Below are positions 10,378-23,272 of a stretch of 64,000 bases of DNA, piece by piece. This DNA is from an uncultured Kiloniellales bacterium. GTDB lineage: Bacteria > Pseudomonadota > Alphaproteobacteria > Kiloniellales > JAKSDN01. The stretch spans positions 5,446-69,445 of the forward strand of contig CAMYKD010000003.1 of the NCBI GenBank assembly GCA_947258885.1. The letters are read 5' to 3'. Position numbers and translations under genes: made by a program. Under the pieces are notes generated by a model. It searched no databases, had not been told where the DNA came from, and saw only the letters and a list, made by a program, of their open reading frames with translations. Each line of letters begins with the position of its first letter. The first letter of the stretch is position 1.

Positions 10378-11118
10378 ATGAGCCTGACGGCGAAAGACCA
10401 CGAAAGGATCTTGGAGAAACCCGGCAAGGCGCGGTGGGTCTACGCCGTCGTAAAGTGGATCCTGGTCCCGCTGTTCCGGCCCCTTCTCCGAATCGGGTTC
10501 ATCCGCCGTTACCTCGGTGGAACGACAGGCAGCCGCGCCGGCGGGATCTTCGCCTGCCAAAGGCGCGGAGAGCACGACAAGGCCGCAGATCTCGCGATCC
10601 AGGCGTTGAAGGCCCACCGGCAACGGCCGAAGGGACCCGGTCGCTTCATGCATCACCATAACTGGTGGCAGTTCATGCGCTACGGGGTCGCCAGCCTCGA
10701 GAATTCCGACGACCAGGACAAACGGAACCTGATGATCGCGCTGGCGGAAAGCGGTGTCGAGCCCTTCGAGGGCTACAATGTCGCCTACGCCTTTCTCGCC
10801 TTTTCGCGCTGGCAGTACGAGACGGGCGACTACGACGGCGCGATCGAGTTCGCGGAGATCGCCGCCCGTGCCGACGAGACCTGGGCGCAGCCGGACGTCA
10901 CCCTGGGTTGGTACCGCCTGGCGCTTGGCGGGGGCGACGCCATGGAACATTTGAGCCGGGCGGTATGCAAGGACCACCGGGTCATCTTCCGTATCGCGAA
11001 CGACGCGGCGTTCCGGCGACATCCGCACATAATGGCAAAGCTGAAGAGCCTCGTGGCCGACGACATCCTGACCGTCCGGGACGAGGCGGACACGGAAGAC
11101 GACGACAAGGCGGACTGA
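10378..11118 (+). CDS. Hypothetical protein (N-terminal hydrophobic segment, TPR-like C-terminal half, acidic tail)
   Basis: 246-aa ORF with an ATG start and coding-like third-position GC. WVYAVVKWILVPLFRPLL is a hydrophobic helix. YNVAYAFLAFSRWQYETGDYDGAIEFAEIAAR looks like a TPR-type helix pair. I recognise no family. Confidence 0.55.
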   Translation: MSLTAKDHERILEKPGKARWVYAVVKWILVPLFRPLLRIGFIRRYLGGTTGSRAGGIFACQRRGEHDKAADLAIQALKAHRQRPKGPGRFMHHHNWWQFMRYGVASLENSDDQDKRNLMIALAESGVEPFEGYNVAYAFLAFSRWQYETGDYDGAIEFAEIAARADETWAQPDVTLGWYRLALGGGDAMEHLSRAVCKDHRVIFRIANDAAFRRHPHIMAKLKSLVADDILTVRDEADTEDDDKAD

Positions 11119-11168
11119 TTTCCGGCGCGGCCTACGCTCGAAGGGCAGGGCTGTGCTATGACCGGGCC

Positions 11169-11876
11169 ATGAGCAGGAACAGCAGCCAGCCGCCGCTTTC
11201 CATCGTCATTCCAGCGCTCGACGCGGCCGGGACCCTCCCGGCAACGCTCGCCGCCCTCGAGGAGGGCCGGCGCGCCGGGTTCTTGGCCGAGGTGATCCTG
11301 GTCGACGGCGGCTCCTCGGACGGCACTGTAGCGATTGCCGCCGAGGCCGGCGCCGGCGTCGTCGAGGTGGGCGCGCCGGGGCGCGGCCGGCAGCTCGCCA
11401 AAGGGGAGGCGGCGGCGCGCGGCGATTGGCTGCTCTTCCTGCACGCCGATACTTGCCTGGCGCCCGGCTGGACTGATGCCGTCGGCCGGTTCCTGTCCGA
11501 TCCCGCCATGGCCGAGCGCGCGGGCTACTTCCGCCTGCGGCTCGACGATCCGGCGCCGCAGGCCCGGCTCATCGAGCGAATTGCCAACTGGCGGGCGCGG
11601 CGTCTCGGCCTGCCCTACGGCGACCAGGGCCTCCTGATCGCGCGCGCCTTCTACGAGGGCCTCGGCGGCTTCCGGCCGCTGCCGCTGATGGAGGACGTCG
11701 AGCTGGTGCGGCGCATCGGCCGGCGCCGGCTGGTCGCGCTGGACGGCGAGGCCGTGACCTCGGCGGCGCGCTATCGGCGGGACGGCTGGTGGGCGAGGCC
11801 GCTGCGCAACCTGACCCTCTTGTCGCTCTACTTCCTCGGCCTGCCGCCCGGCTGGCTCCGACGGCTCTACGGATGA
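11169..11876 (+). CDS. Family-2 glycosyltransferase, TIGR04283-like (rSAM/selenodomain-associated 'transferase 2')
   Basis: Start MSRNSSQPPLSIVIPALD inside track ORF 10665..11876. VILVDGGSSDGT...GRGRQLAKGEAAARGDWLLFLHADT...LPYGDQGLLIARAFYEGLGGF...LMEDVELVRR...SAARYRRDGW follows the family pattern as I remember it. Confidence 0.75.
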   Translation: MSRNSSQPPLSIVIPALDAAGTLPATLAALEEGRRAGFLAEVILVDGGSSDGTVAIAAEAGAGVVEVGAPGRGRQLAKGEAAARGDWLLFLHADTCLAPGWTDAVGRFLSDPAMAERAGYFRLRLDDPAPQARLIERIANWRARRLGLPYGDQGLLIARAFYEGLGGFRPLPLMEDVELVRRIGRRRLVALDGEAVTSAARYRRDGWWARPLRNLTLLSLYFLGLPPGWLRRLYG

Positions 11877-12478
11877 CGCTCCGGCACCACCTGGTGATCT
11901 TTGCCCGCGCGCCCCGGCTGGGCAGGGTCAAGCGGCGCCTGGCCCGCGACGTCGGCGCGCTCGCCGCCTGGCGGTTTCATCGCCAGACGACAGAGCGCCT
12001 AGTCCGCCGTTTGGCGCGCGATCCGCGTTGGCGCTGCGTGCTCGCGGTTACGCCCGAGCCGGCGCGCTGGCCACCCGGCATACCGCGTCTGGCGCAGGGG
12101 CCAGGCGACCTGGGGCAACGCATGGCGCGGGCCATGGCGGCCCAGCCGCCGGGGCCCGTGGTCCTGGTGGGCAGCGACATTCCGGACCTCGGCCCGGCCC
12201 ATATCGCCCGCGCCTTCCGGGCGCTTGCCGGCCACGACGCGGTCTTCGGCCCGGCCGAGGACGGCGGCTATTGGCTTGTCGGCGTGCGGGACCGGGCGCT
12301 TCTGAACGGCCTGTTCCGCGGGGTGCGCTGGTCCACGGCGCATACCCTGGCGGACACGCTGGCCAACCTCGCAGGTAGACGCATCGCGCGGCTCGATGTG
12401 CTGGACGACGTCGACACCGGGTCCGACCTCGAGCGCCTGCTCAGCCGCCGTCCAGGTGCTCCTTCAGGCGGGGCATGA
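11873..12478 (+). CDS. DUF2064 / TIGR04282-like transferase (partner of TIGR04283)
   Basis: The ATG at 11873 overlaps the upstream stop (ATGA). LVIFARAPRLGRVKRRLA...QGPGDLGQRMARAM...VVLVGSDIPDL...VFGPAEDGGYWLVGVR...VRWSTAHTLADT matches the family pattern. Confidence 0.75.
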   Translation: MTLRHHLVIFARAPRLGRVKRRLARDVGALAAWRFHRQTTERLVRRLARDPRWRCVLAVTPEPARWPPGIPRLAQGPGDLGQRMARAMAAQPPGPVVLVGSDIPDLGPAHIARAFRALAGHDAVFGPAEDGGYWLVGVRDRALLNGLFRGVRWSTAHTLADTLANLAGRRIARLDVLDDVDTGSDLERLLSRRPGAPSGGA

Positions 12479-12983
12479 GCTCGACCAGGTTGCAGGGTCG
12501 CGAGCGCGCGTCGAGCTGGGCGCTGAGGATCTCCTGCCAGCCGTCGCGGCAGGCCCCGGGCGAGCCGGGCAGGGCGAAGAGGTAGGTGCCTCGGGCGACC
12601 CCGCCGAGCGCCCGGCTCTGGATCGTCGAGGTGCCGATCTTCTGGTAGCTGATCCAGCGGAACAGCTCGCCGAAGCCTTCGATCTCCTTGTCCATGACTT
12701 CCTTGAAGGCCTCCGGCGTGACGTCGCGGCCGGTCACCCCGGTGCCGCCGGTCGAGATCACCACATCGACCCCCGGGTCGGCGATCAGCTCGTCGAGGCG
12801 CGCGGTGATGGCCGCCGTCTCGTCCCGGATCACCTCGCGCCCGACGACCTTGTGGCCGTCGGCGAGGATCATCTCCTCCAGGGTGCGCCCGGACTTGTCG
12901 TCCTCGAGGCTGCGGCTGTCCGAAATGGTGAGAAGCGCGATCTGGACCGGCAGGAAGTCCCTGGTTCCCTCAATCTTGCTCAC
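12441..12983 (-). CDS. moaB: Molybdenum cofactor biosynthesis protein B (MoaB/MogA family)
   Basis: 180 aa. [18 protein letters not shown]...[21 protein letters not shown]...[27 protein letters not shown] are typical MoCF-biosynthesis (MogA/MoaB) motifs. Confidence 0.85.
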   Translation of the reverse strand: MSKIEGTRDFLPVQIALLTISDSRSLEDDKSGRTLEEMILADGHKVVGREVIRDETAAITARLDELIADPGVDVVISTGGTGVTGRDVTPEAFKEVMDKEIEGFGELFRWISYQKIGTSTIQSRALGGVARGTYLFALPGSPGACRDGWQEILSAQLDARSRPCNLVELMPRLKEHLDGG

Positions 12984-14952
12984 GGTGGGCTATCTCCTGG
13001 CTGGCGCCGTCGAGGGCGGCATACCCGGGCCAGTCGCCGGCCGCCGCCGCGTCCAGGGAGGGCGACGGCTGACCGAGCCGTGCCCGGTAGATCCAGAAGT
13101 TAGACAGTACCCGCTCGATGAACAAGCGTGTCTCGCGCGCCGGCAGGCTTTCGATGAACAGCAGCGGGTCGTCGTCGAAATTCATCCGCCGCTGCCACTT
13201 CGCGAGATTGCCCGGGCCGCCGTTGTAGGCCGTGGTCAGGCGGAACAGATTGTCGCCGACCCGGTCGTTCGACAGCAGGTGCGCGACGTAGCGCTGGCCC
13301 AGGTCCATGTTGAGCGACGGCTCGAACAGCTGGTTGCGCCTGTGGCCGCGGAACCGCCGGTAGTTGCGGGCGACGAAGCCGGCGGTCGACGGCAGCAGCT
13401 GCATCAGGCCGCGCGCGCCGTCCCGGCTCTTGGCCCGCGGGTTGAAGGCCGACTCCTGGCGCATCAGGGCATAGATCAGCGCCCGGTCGATCTTGAAGCC
13501 GCCCTTGGGCTGCCACGGCGGGATCGGATAGAGCGCCGCCTCGAGCTTGTCGCCCTGGGGCTGGGCGTGGCCGGAATCGACCAGGCGGCTCGCCAGCTTG
13601 AAGGAGAGGGACGGCAGCTTGGCCCGCTCGGCGACCGACAGCAGGGCCTCGACCGCCTCGGGGACGTTCCAGTTCCTGAGACGCAGCAGCTCGCGCTCGG
13701 CGCGCCGGTTTTGGCCGGCCTGCATCAGGGCGAGCGCCCGCCGGCTCTCGCGCGTGTTCAGCAGGATCTCCGCGCCCTCGGGCGTGAGCCGATGCGGGCG
13801 GAAGTCGAAGCGCGTCTCCATGCCCAACGCGCGGCGCGCCAGCTGGCCGTAGAAGGTCATCGGCGCGTCGGCCGCGACCGCCAGCCAACGGCTCATCTCC
13901 TCGGGCTGGCGCAGGCGCAGGTGGGTCCGCGCGGCCCAGTAGGCCCCTGACGACGTGTTCCATCCCGAGGCGTTCCGCGACAGCGCGAGCTGCTCGAAAT
14001 GCTCCGCCGCCGCGGGCAGGTCGTCGAGCCGCCAAGCGGCCAGGCCGGCGATCCAGTGGGCCATCGGCACATGCTCGCTCGAGCGCTTGGCCGCCGCCCG
14101 GGCCAGCGCATAGGCCTTGGAGACCTTGCCGTAGTAGTACCAGGCCGCCGCCACTTCGGCGTAGCCCTCGTCGATCTCGGCCGGGTGGAGCAGACGTTTG
14201 GTCTCGCGCGTGGCCAGCAGCCGCTCGGCCGCGCTAAGCCGCGTGCGCATGGCGTGGCGTTTGACCTGCCACTTGATCTGCCGGGCGCGCTTGCGCTTGG
14301 CGCGGCTCTGCCGTTTGCTTGGAACAGTGGCGCTCTCGGCCGCGGTCGCGCGTTGAATATTCGGCGACCTGTGGCGGGCCGGCTTGCGCGGCCGGATGTA
14401 GTTCTTGGGCCGGCGCTTGACCGCCAGATCGTAGACCGCCTTGGCTCCCGGATGGTCGGCGTAGCGGTCGAGCCAGCGCTTCAGCTCCTTATAGCGCGAG
14501 CGGTAGGCCGTCGGGTGCATGTAGCGCTGGAACTGCACGTGGCCCATCAGCATCCGGTCGCCGAGCCGCGCGATCAGCTTGTCGGCGGCCTTCCACTTGC
14601 CGCGCTCCTGCAGCCGGAAGATCTCCCGATAGAGCTCGGCGTCGGCGTCCGAAAGCACTTGAGGCAGACCTTCCGTGCCGAGCGTATAGCGGTCTGCCAG
14701 GGTCTCGGTTCTCGTCTCGCTTTTTGCGGCGGCTTTGGTTTCGGGGGCCGTCTGGGCCGGGGCCTCGTTCCACGGCGGGACGGCCCGGGCCGAATCGAGG
14801 CTCAGGACGGTCAGCGCCAGCGCGACGACGAGTGCGCTCGCGAGCGAACGGGTCAAAGGCAGCAGCAAGAGAAGTCCCCCGAAGAATGATTCACGACAGC
14901 TAAGCCCTTTCGCGACAAACGCGCAATAGAGGATGCCATTTGCCCGGTTCAT
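12970..14952 (-). CDS. slt: Soluble lytic murein transglycosylase (Slt70-like)
   Basis: 660 aa with a signal-like N-terminus and a superhelical U-domain-like repeat region. The catalytic SLT domain reads [37 protein letters not shown]...AYNGGPGN. Confidence 0.85.
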   Translation of the reverse strand: MNRANGILYCAFVAKGLSCRESFFGGLLLLLPLTRSLASALVVALALTVLSLDSARAVPPWNEAPAQTAPETKAAAKSETRTETLADRYTLGTEGLPQVLSDADAELYREIFRLQERGKWKAADKLIARLGDRMLMGHVQFQRYMHPTAYRSRYKELKRWLDRYADHPGAKAVYDLAVKRRPKNYIRPRKPARHRSPNIQRATAAESATVPSKRQSRAKRKRARQIKWQVKRHAMRTRLSAAERLLATRETKRLLHPAEIDEGYAEVAAAWYYYGKVSKAYALARAAAKRSSEHVPMAHWIAGLAAWRLDDLPAAAEHFEQLALSRNASGWNTSSGAYWAARTHLRLRQPEEMSRWLAVAADAPMTFYGQLARRALGMETRFDFRPHRLTPEGAEILLNTRESRRALALMQAGQNRRAERELLRLRNWNVPEAVEALLSVAERAKLPSLSFKLASRLVDSGHAQPQGDKLEAALYPIPPWQPKGGFKIDRALIYALMRQESAFNPRAKSRDGARGLMQLLPSTAGFVARNYRRFRGHRRNQLFEPSLNMDLGQRYVAHLLSNDRVGDNLFRLTTAYNGGPGNLAKWQRRMNFDDDPLLFIESLPARETRLFIERVLSNFWIYRARLGQPSPSLDAAAAGDWPGYAALDGASQEIAHREQD

Positions 14953-15086
14953 ATTTCGTTAACGCCCTCGTTTAACTACAATCCCGGCGGTTCGCGGACT
15001 TTCGAGTCTGCCCGTTCAAGAGACACGTGGGGCGTGTCAATAACATGGCGAGAATGCAGCTGGATTCGTCCCGGGTTCGCCTGGCG

Positions 15087-15971
15087 TCAGGTCTTGGACA
15101 GGGGGTCCCAGCCGGTGGCGAGCGCGCGGTGCAGGCTCAAGAGGTCGCGCCAAGCGAGGCGCTTTTGCTGGGGCTGGCGCAGCAGGTAGGCCGGATGCAG
15201 GGTCGGCAGAGCCGGGATCGGGCGCGGCAGGCCGCTGTGTTGGTAGGGCCGCCATTGCCCGCGCAGCCGGAGGATGCCCTCGCTGCGGGCGAGCAGGTTC
15301 TTGGCCGACATGCCGCCGACCAGGACCAGGTAGTCGGGGGCGGCCAGCTCGATATGACGCTCGGTGAAGGGTAGGCAGGAGGCGATCTCGGCGGCGGTCG
15401 GCGTGCGGTTGCCCGGCGGCCGCCAGAACAGCATGTTGGTGATGTAGACGGAAGAGCGGTCGAGGCCGATGCAGGCCAGCATGCGGTCCAGCAGCCGGCC
15501 CGAGACGCCGACGAAGGGCAGCCCCTGGCGGTCCTCCTCCGCTCCCGGGGCCTCGCCGATCATCATGACGCGGGCCTCGGGGTTGCCGTCGGCGAAGACC
15601 AGGTTCATCGCCGTCGCCTTCAAGGGACAGCCCTCGAAGGTCTCGAGCGCGGCCTCGAGCTCCGCCAGGCTGTTCGCCGCGACCGCCAGCTCCCGGGCCG
15701 AGTGCAACGCGGCTTCCGCGGATTCCAGGGGACCGGGTTCCGGCCGCCAGACCGGCGCCTGCCGGTCGGACGCGCCCGCCGCCGGTCGCGATGGAGGCGG
15801 TGACGTTCGAGGCGGTGGCGAAGGCGGCGGAGCTTCAGGCCGCGTGCGCGACTCGGGCTCCGCCCGGGGCGCGGTGGTCCGGTCGACGGGGTCTTCGCCG
15901 ATCGCCTCGTCGGCGCCGGCCTCGATCTGCCACCTGAGCGCCGCGAGCGCGTCGTCCTCATCGCCATGCAT
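15087..15971 (-). CDS. Uracil-DNA glycosylase, family 4, with Pro-rich N-terminal extension
   Basis: 294 aa. [41 protein letters not shown]...[16 protein letters not shown]...LVGG...[10 protein letters not shown] are the family-4 UDG motifs. Confidence 0.85.
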   Translation of the reverse strand: MHGDEDDALAALRWQIEAGADEAIGEDPVDRTTAPRAEPESRTRPEAPPPSPPPRTSPPPSRPAAGASDRQAPVWRPEPGPLESAEAALHSARELAVAANSLAELEAALETFEGCPLKATAMNLVFADGNPEARVMMIGEAPGAEEDRQGLPFVGVSGRLLDRMLACIGLDRSSVYITNMLFWRPPGNRTPTAAEIASCLPFTERHIELAAPDYLVLVGGMSAKNLLARSEGILRLRGQWRPYQHSGLPRPIPALPTLHPAYLLRQPQQKRLAWRDLLSLHRALATGWDPLSKT

Positions 15972-16140
15972 GGTCGTAATCTAGCACCGCGCCGCGGCAC
16001 CGCCTACCACCGCGACGAAAAAGCGTCCGGAACAACCAAATGTTTGATTTAGATCAAAGCGCTAATTCGGGAAATTGCGTCTAAGTCCCTTGGCCTGGAC
16101 GCGGTGGCGTCCGCTTATCCTGTCGTCGGGGGACCATAAC

Positions 16141-16890
16141 ATGGGCGATGATTTCTTGGTGCTCGACGGCGAGTTGACTCGTGACGTGACTCAGCAGGTA
16201 AGCCGCTCGACGCCGGTGCCGCCCATCCCCGACTACCTCGAGAAGACCTATTCCTGGGCCTATCTGAACCCGCGCAATGTCCGGCTGCTGGACCGGCCGC
16301 TGGTGGTGTCGACCATCCTCTGGGGCAATTTCGGCCGCCTGCTGAGGGCGCTGCTGAGCGAGCTGAAGCCGGGACAGGCGGTTCTGCAGCCGGCCTGCGT
16401 CTACGGAAACTTCTCGGTCAGCGTCGCGGATTTCCTCGGGCCCCAGGGCCGTCTGGACGTGTTCGACGTCGCGCCGATCCAGGTCGAGCGGTGCCGGCAC
16501 AAGCTGGCAGCCTTTCCGCAAGCCACGGTGCGGCTCAGGGACGCCATCGACCTGAGTGGCGGGTCGTACGACGCGGTCTGCTGCTTCTTCCTGCTCCACG
16601 AGCTGCCCGACCGCACCAAGCGGCTGGTCGTCGACTCGCTGCTGTCGAGCGTCGCGCCCGGCGGCAAGGCCGTGTTCGTCGATTACCACCGGCCGCATCC
16701 GGCCCACCCCCTGAAGCCCCTGACCGGCTTGATTTTCGACCTTCTGGAGCCCTTCGCGAAGGGGCTCTGGGAGCACGAGATCGAGAGCTGCGCCGGGGAC
16801 GGGGAGGAATTCGCCTGGTCCAAGCAGACCTACTTCGGCGGGCTGTTCCAGAAGGTCGTGGCGAGGCGGCCCCCGCGCGCGCCGGGCTGA
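16141..16890 (+). CDS. rquA: Probable rhodoquinone biosynthesis protein RquA (methyltransferase-like)
   Basis: ATG at 16141 preceded by GGGGGA (the track start at 16075 is a TTG). PDYLEKTYSWAYLNPRNVRLLDRPLVVSTILWGNFGRL is followed by the atypical motif-I LQPACVYGNF in place of the usual DxGCGxG. After that come DVFDVAPIQVE, CCFFLLHELP and GGKAVFVDYHRP. This matches my memory of R. rubrum RquA and its homologues, but it is not verified by alignment. Confidence 0.6.
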   Translation: MGDDFLVLDGELTRDVTQQVSRSTPVPPIPDYLEKTYSWAYLNPRNVRLLDRPLVVSTILWGNFGRLLRALLSELKPGQAVLQPACVYGNFSVSVADFLGPQGRLDVFDVAPIQVERCRHKLAAFPQATVRLRDAIDLSGGSYDAVCCFFLLHELPDRTKRLVVDSLLSSVAPGGKAVFVDYHRPHPAHPLKPLTGLIFDLLEPFAKGLWEHEIESCAGDGEEFAWSKQTYFGGLFQKVVARRPPRAPG

Positions 16891-16921
16891 ACGATCCGAT
16901 TCCAAGCAGACCGGAAGCGTC

Positions 16922-20077
<3,156 letters not shown>

Positions 20078-20090
20078 CTGGCCCTGGTCC

Positions 20091-21239
20091 TTATTCGGTT
20101 GCCGGCCGTTCGGCGGCGGGCGTGTCGTCCCTCTCCTCATCCGCGTTCGCCACGGTAACGGCCTTGCCCGCGCTCAGATCGAGGAAGCCGCGCACGACCA
20201 CCGTCTCCCCGTCCTGCAGGCCCTCCAATGCCTCCACCCGATCGCCGAGACGCAGGCCGCTGCGCACGCGGCGAAGCTGTGCCTTGCCGTCGGCGACCAC
20301 GAAGACGTACTCGCCCTCCCGGTCGTGGCGCAGCGCGGCGAAGGGCAGGACCTTGCGCCGGCTTTCCGCCGTGCGCAAGGTCGCCCGGCACAGCTGGCCG
20401 GCGCGCGCGCCCGGCGGCACGGGCGCGAGCTCCACTTCGACGGTGCCCTGGCGCGTCCGCGGATCGATGGTCGGGTGGATCCGGGCGATGCGTCCGAGCC
20501 AGACGCCGTCGCCTAGGGCGTCGATGCGAACGTCGACCGCATCGCCTACCTGCAAGCGGGGCAGCATCAGCTCGGAAACCGCGACTTTTGTATAGAGGGT
20601 GTTCGGATCGATCACCGTCAGCAGGTGCGTATGGCGCGGGGCCACGTCCCCGGGCTCGACCAGCCGTTCGGTGACGACGCCGTCGAAGGGCGCCTTGATC
20701 TCGCCGTACTCGAGACGGGTCCGGAATAGGCTTTCCTCGGCCCGGGCAACCTTGAGGGCCGTTTCGGCGCGATCGAGCTTCTCCTGGGTGGTAACCCGCT
20801 TCTTCACCAGCGTCCGGACCCGCGCGAGGTCGGCCTCGGCTTGCGCGCGCACCGCCGCCGCCTTTTCCATCTCCGCCTCCAACAGGCGGCGGTCCATGCG
20901 GACCAGCACCTGTCCGGCACGAACCGTTTCGCCCTCGTAGACCGGAAGCGAGTCGACGCGCCCCTCCTCCTGGTTGAAGACGCGGACGCTGCGGCGTGCC
21001 GTCAAGGTGCCGGTGCGCACGGTCTCGTGGCGCAAGGGCTCGGAGCGCACCGTCACCACCTCGACCAGATGAACCTTCTGGCCGGCCTTGCGGCCGTCGC
21101 CGCTCTTTTCCCGGGCGCCCTGGTCGCAGGCCGCGGGCCCGAGCAGGAGCGCCGCGAAAGCCAGCAGCGACGCCGCCGCGCGCGGCGCCTGCCGTTTGCC
21201 TCCGACCCATCGCCGCGACAACGCCTGGAGTTTCGCCAT
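20091..21239 (-). CDS. Efflux RND periplasmic adaptor (MFP/HlyD family)
   Basis: Start MAKLQALSRRW (cat at 21237-21239) with a hydrophobic N-terminal anchor. The coiled-coil hairpin reads LLEAEMEKAAAVRAQAEADLARVRTL. Barrel-sandwich and beta-barrel segments are present. It lies 13 bp upstream of the RND permease. Confidence 0.85.
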   Translation of the reverse strand: MAKLQALSRRWVGGKRQAPRAAASLLAFAALLLGPAACDQGAREKSGDGRKAGQKVHLVEVVTVRSEPLRHETVRTGTLTARRSVRVFNQEEGRVDSLPVYEGETVRAGQVLVRMDRRLLEAEMEKAAAVRAQAEADLARVRTLVKKRVTTQEKLDRAETALKVARAEESLFRTRLEYGEIKAPFDGVVTERLVEPGDVAPRHTHLLTVIDPNTLYTKVAVSELMLPRLQVGDAVDVRIDALGDGVWLGRIARIHPTIDPRTRQGTVEVELAPVPPGARAGQLCRATLRTAESRRKVLPFAALRHDREGEYVFVVADGKAQLRRVRSGLRLGDRVEALEGLQDGETVVVRGFLDLSAGKAVTVANADEERDDTPAAERPATE

Positions 21240-21427
21240 GTCTTCCCACAACAGCCGCGGAAGAAGACCTTCCGGAGATGATAGGAGCATCACCGTCCCG
21301 CCTTCCGCAAGCCTTGTCGGTTTCGGCGCTGAACGCCGTCCGCCATTTCCCGTGGCCCGCAAACCGCATCTATACTATGTATCCTGGATCGTTTGGCGGC
21401 TTCGGCCGGGTGCGGGGGTGAAGGGCG

Positions 21428-23080
21428 ATGGAACGCGAATTCATGGACTATGACGTGGTGATCGTCGGCGCCGGCCCGGCCGGCCTGTCGGCGGCGATCC
21501 GGTTGCGCCAGATGAGCGCCGAGAGCGGCCACGAGGTCAGCGTCTGCGTGCTCGAAAAGGGCTCGGAGGTGGGTGCCCACATCCTCTCGGGCGCGGTGCT
21601 CGAGCCGCGCGCCCTCGACGAGCTGATCCCGGATTGGAAGGACAGGGGGGCGCCCCTGAACGCCCCGGTGACCGGCGAGAAATTCATGGTTCTCACCGAG
21701 AAGGGATCGTTCGGCGTTCCGGTCTGGACCATGCCGCCGCAGATGTCCAACCACGGCAACTATGTCGTCTCGCTCGGCAACGTCTGCCGCTGGCTGGCCG
21801 AGCAGGCCGAGGCCCTGGGGGTCGAGGTCTACCCGGGATTCGCCGCCGCCGAGGTGCTGTTCGACGAGCAGGGCCGAGTCGCCGGCGTGGCCACCGGCGA
21901 CATGGGCGTGGCCGGGGACGGCAGCCACAAGGACAGCTATCAGCCGGGCATGGAGCTGCGCGCCAAATACACGTTCTTCGCCGAGGGCTGCCGCGGCTCG
22001 CTGTCGCAGTCCCTGATGGAGCGCTTTGCGCTCCGCGAGGGCTCAGATCCGCAGGCCTACGGCCTCGGCCTCAAGGAGCTGTGGCAGCTCGACCCGGCCA
22101 AGCACAAGGCCGGCACGGTGATCCATACGGCCGGCTGGCCGGTCGACGGCAAGACCTGGGGCGGGTCCTTCATCTACCACCTGGAGGACAACCAGGCGGC
22201 CGTCGGCTACGTGGTCGGCCTGGACTACCGCAACCCGCACCTCTCGCCCTTCGACGAGTTCCAGCGCTTCAAGACCCACCCGGCGATCCGGCCCATGCTG
22301 GAGGGCGGCGAGCGCATCGCCTACGGCGCCCGCGCGCTGAACGAGGGCGGCCTGCAGGCGATCCCGGAACTGGTCTTCGCCGGCGGCGCCTTGATCGGCT
22401 GTGCGGCCGGGTTCCTCAACGTGCCCAAGATCAAAGGCACCCACACCGCCATGAAGAGCGGCATGCTGGCCGCCGAGGCCGCCTTCGAGGCGCTCGGATC
22501 GGGCGATCCGGGCTATGGCGTGCTGACAGCCTATCCCGAGGCCTTCCGAAGCTCCTGGGCCCACGCCGAGCTCCACAAGGTGCGGAATTTCCGTCCCGCC
22601 TTCGTCCGCTGGGGCCTCTACGGCTCGATGCTCTACGGCGGGCTGGACCTCAAGCTGCTGCGCGGCCGGGCACCGTGGACCTTCCGTCACCGCCACGCCG
22701 ACCACGAAACCATGAAGCCGGCCGCCGAGATGCCGAAGATCGACTACCCCAAGCCCGACGGGGTCGTCAGCTTCGACAAGTTGTCCTCGGTCTACCTCTC
22801 CAACACCAACCACGAGGAGGACCAGCCGGTCCATCTGCGGCTGACGGATTCCACGGTGCCGATCGCGCACAATCTGGCGCTCTACGACGCCCCTGAACAG
22901 CGGTACTGCCCGGCCGGGGTCTACGAGATCCTGCGCGACGAAGACGGCGGCAATCCGCGCCTGCAGATCAGCGCGCAGAACTGTCTGCACTGCAAGACCT
23001 GCGATATCAAGGACCCGAAGCAGAACATCACCTGGGTCACCCCCGAGGGCGGCGGCGGCCCCAACTACCCTGGCATGTGA
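21428..23080 (+). CDS. Electron-transfer flavoprotein:ubiquinone oxidoreductase (ETF-QO)
   Basis: 550 aa. The FAD fingerprint is DYDVVIVGAGPAGLSAAIRL. The C-terminal 4Fe-4S motif is YCPAGVYE...NCLHCKTCDIKDP...ITWVTPEGGGGPNY. Confidence 0.9.
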   Translation: MEREFMDYDVVIVGAGPAGLSAAIRLRQMSAESGHEVSVCVLEKGSEVGAHILSGAVLEPRALDELIPDWKDRGAPLNAPVTGEKFMVLTEKGSFGVPVWTMPPQMSNHGNYVVSLGNVCRWLAEQAEALGVEVYPGFAAAEVLFDEQGRVAGVATGDMGVAGDGSHKDSYQPGMELRAKYTFFAEGCRGSLSQSLMERFALREGSDPQAYGLGLKELWQLDPAKHKAGTVIHTAGWPVDGKTWGGSFIYHLEDNQAAVGYVVGLDYRNPHLSPFDEFQRFKTHPAIRPMLEGGERIAYGARALNEGGLQAIPELVFAGGALIGCAAGFLNVPKIKGTHTAMKSGMLAAEAAFEALGSGDPGYGVLTAYPEAFRSSWAHAELHKVRNFRPAFVRWGLYGSMLYGGLDLKLLRGRAPWTFRHRHADHETMKPAAEMPKIDYPKPDGVVSFDKLSSVYLSNTNHEEDQPVHLRLTDSTVPIAHNLALYDAPEQRYCPAGVYEILRDEDGGNPRLQISAQNCLHCKTCDIKDPKQNITWVTPEGGGGPNYPGM

Positions 23081-23272
23081 GCGCGCCCCAGGATACGATT
23101 TCTGTGCGATTTTTTTTGGCCCATCCGTCGATCGGCCCTATATCTGCCAAATGTGACTGTCGCGCGATGCCCGGTTGACGCCGCGCCGGGCCCCGCCGGG
23201 GCCGGTTTCCCGGCCCATCAATGGGCCGTTGTGGTGCCCTGGCACCATCGGGTATTCTACCGTCAGCTAACG

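Noticed and set aside
12441-12478. 38-bp overlap of the 3' ends of the convergent DUF2064 and moaB genes.
   Set aside because: The overlap is real in the sequence but unremarkable. The DUF2064 tail ([10 protein letters not shown]) is non-conserved read-on, and I see no evidence for antisense regulation.
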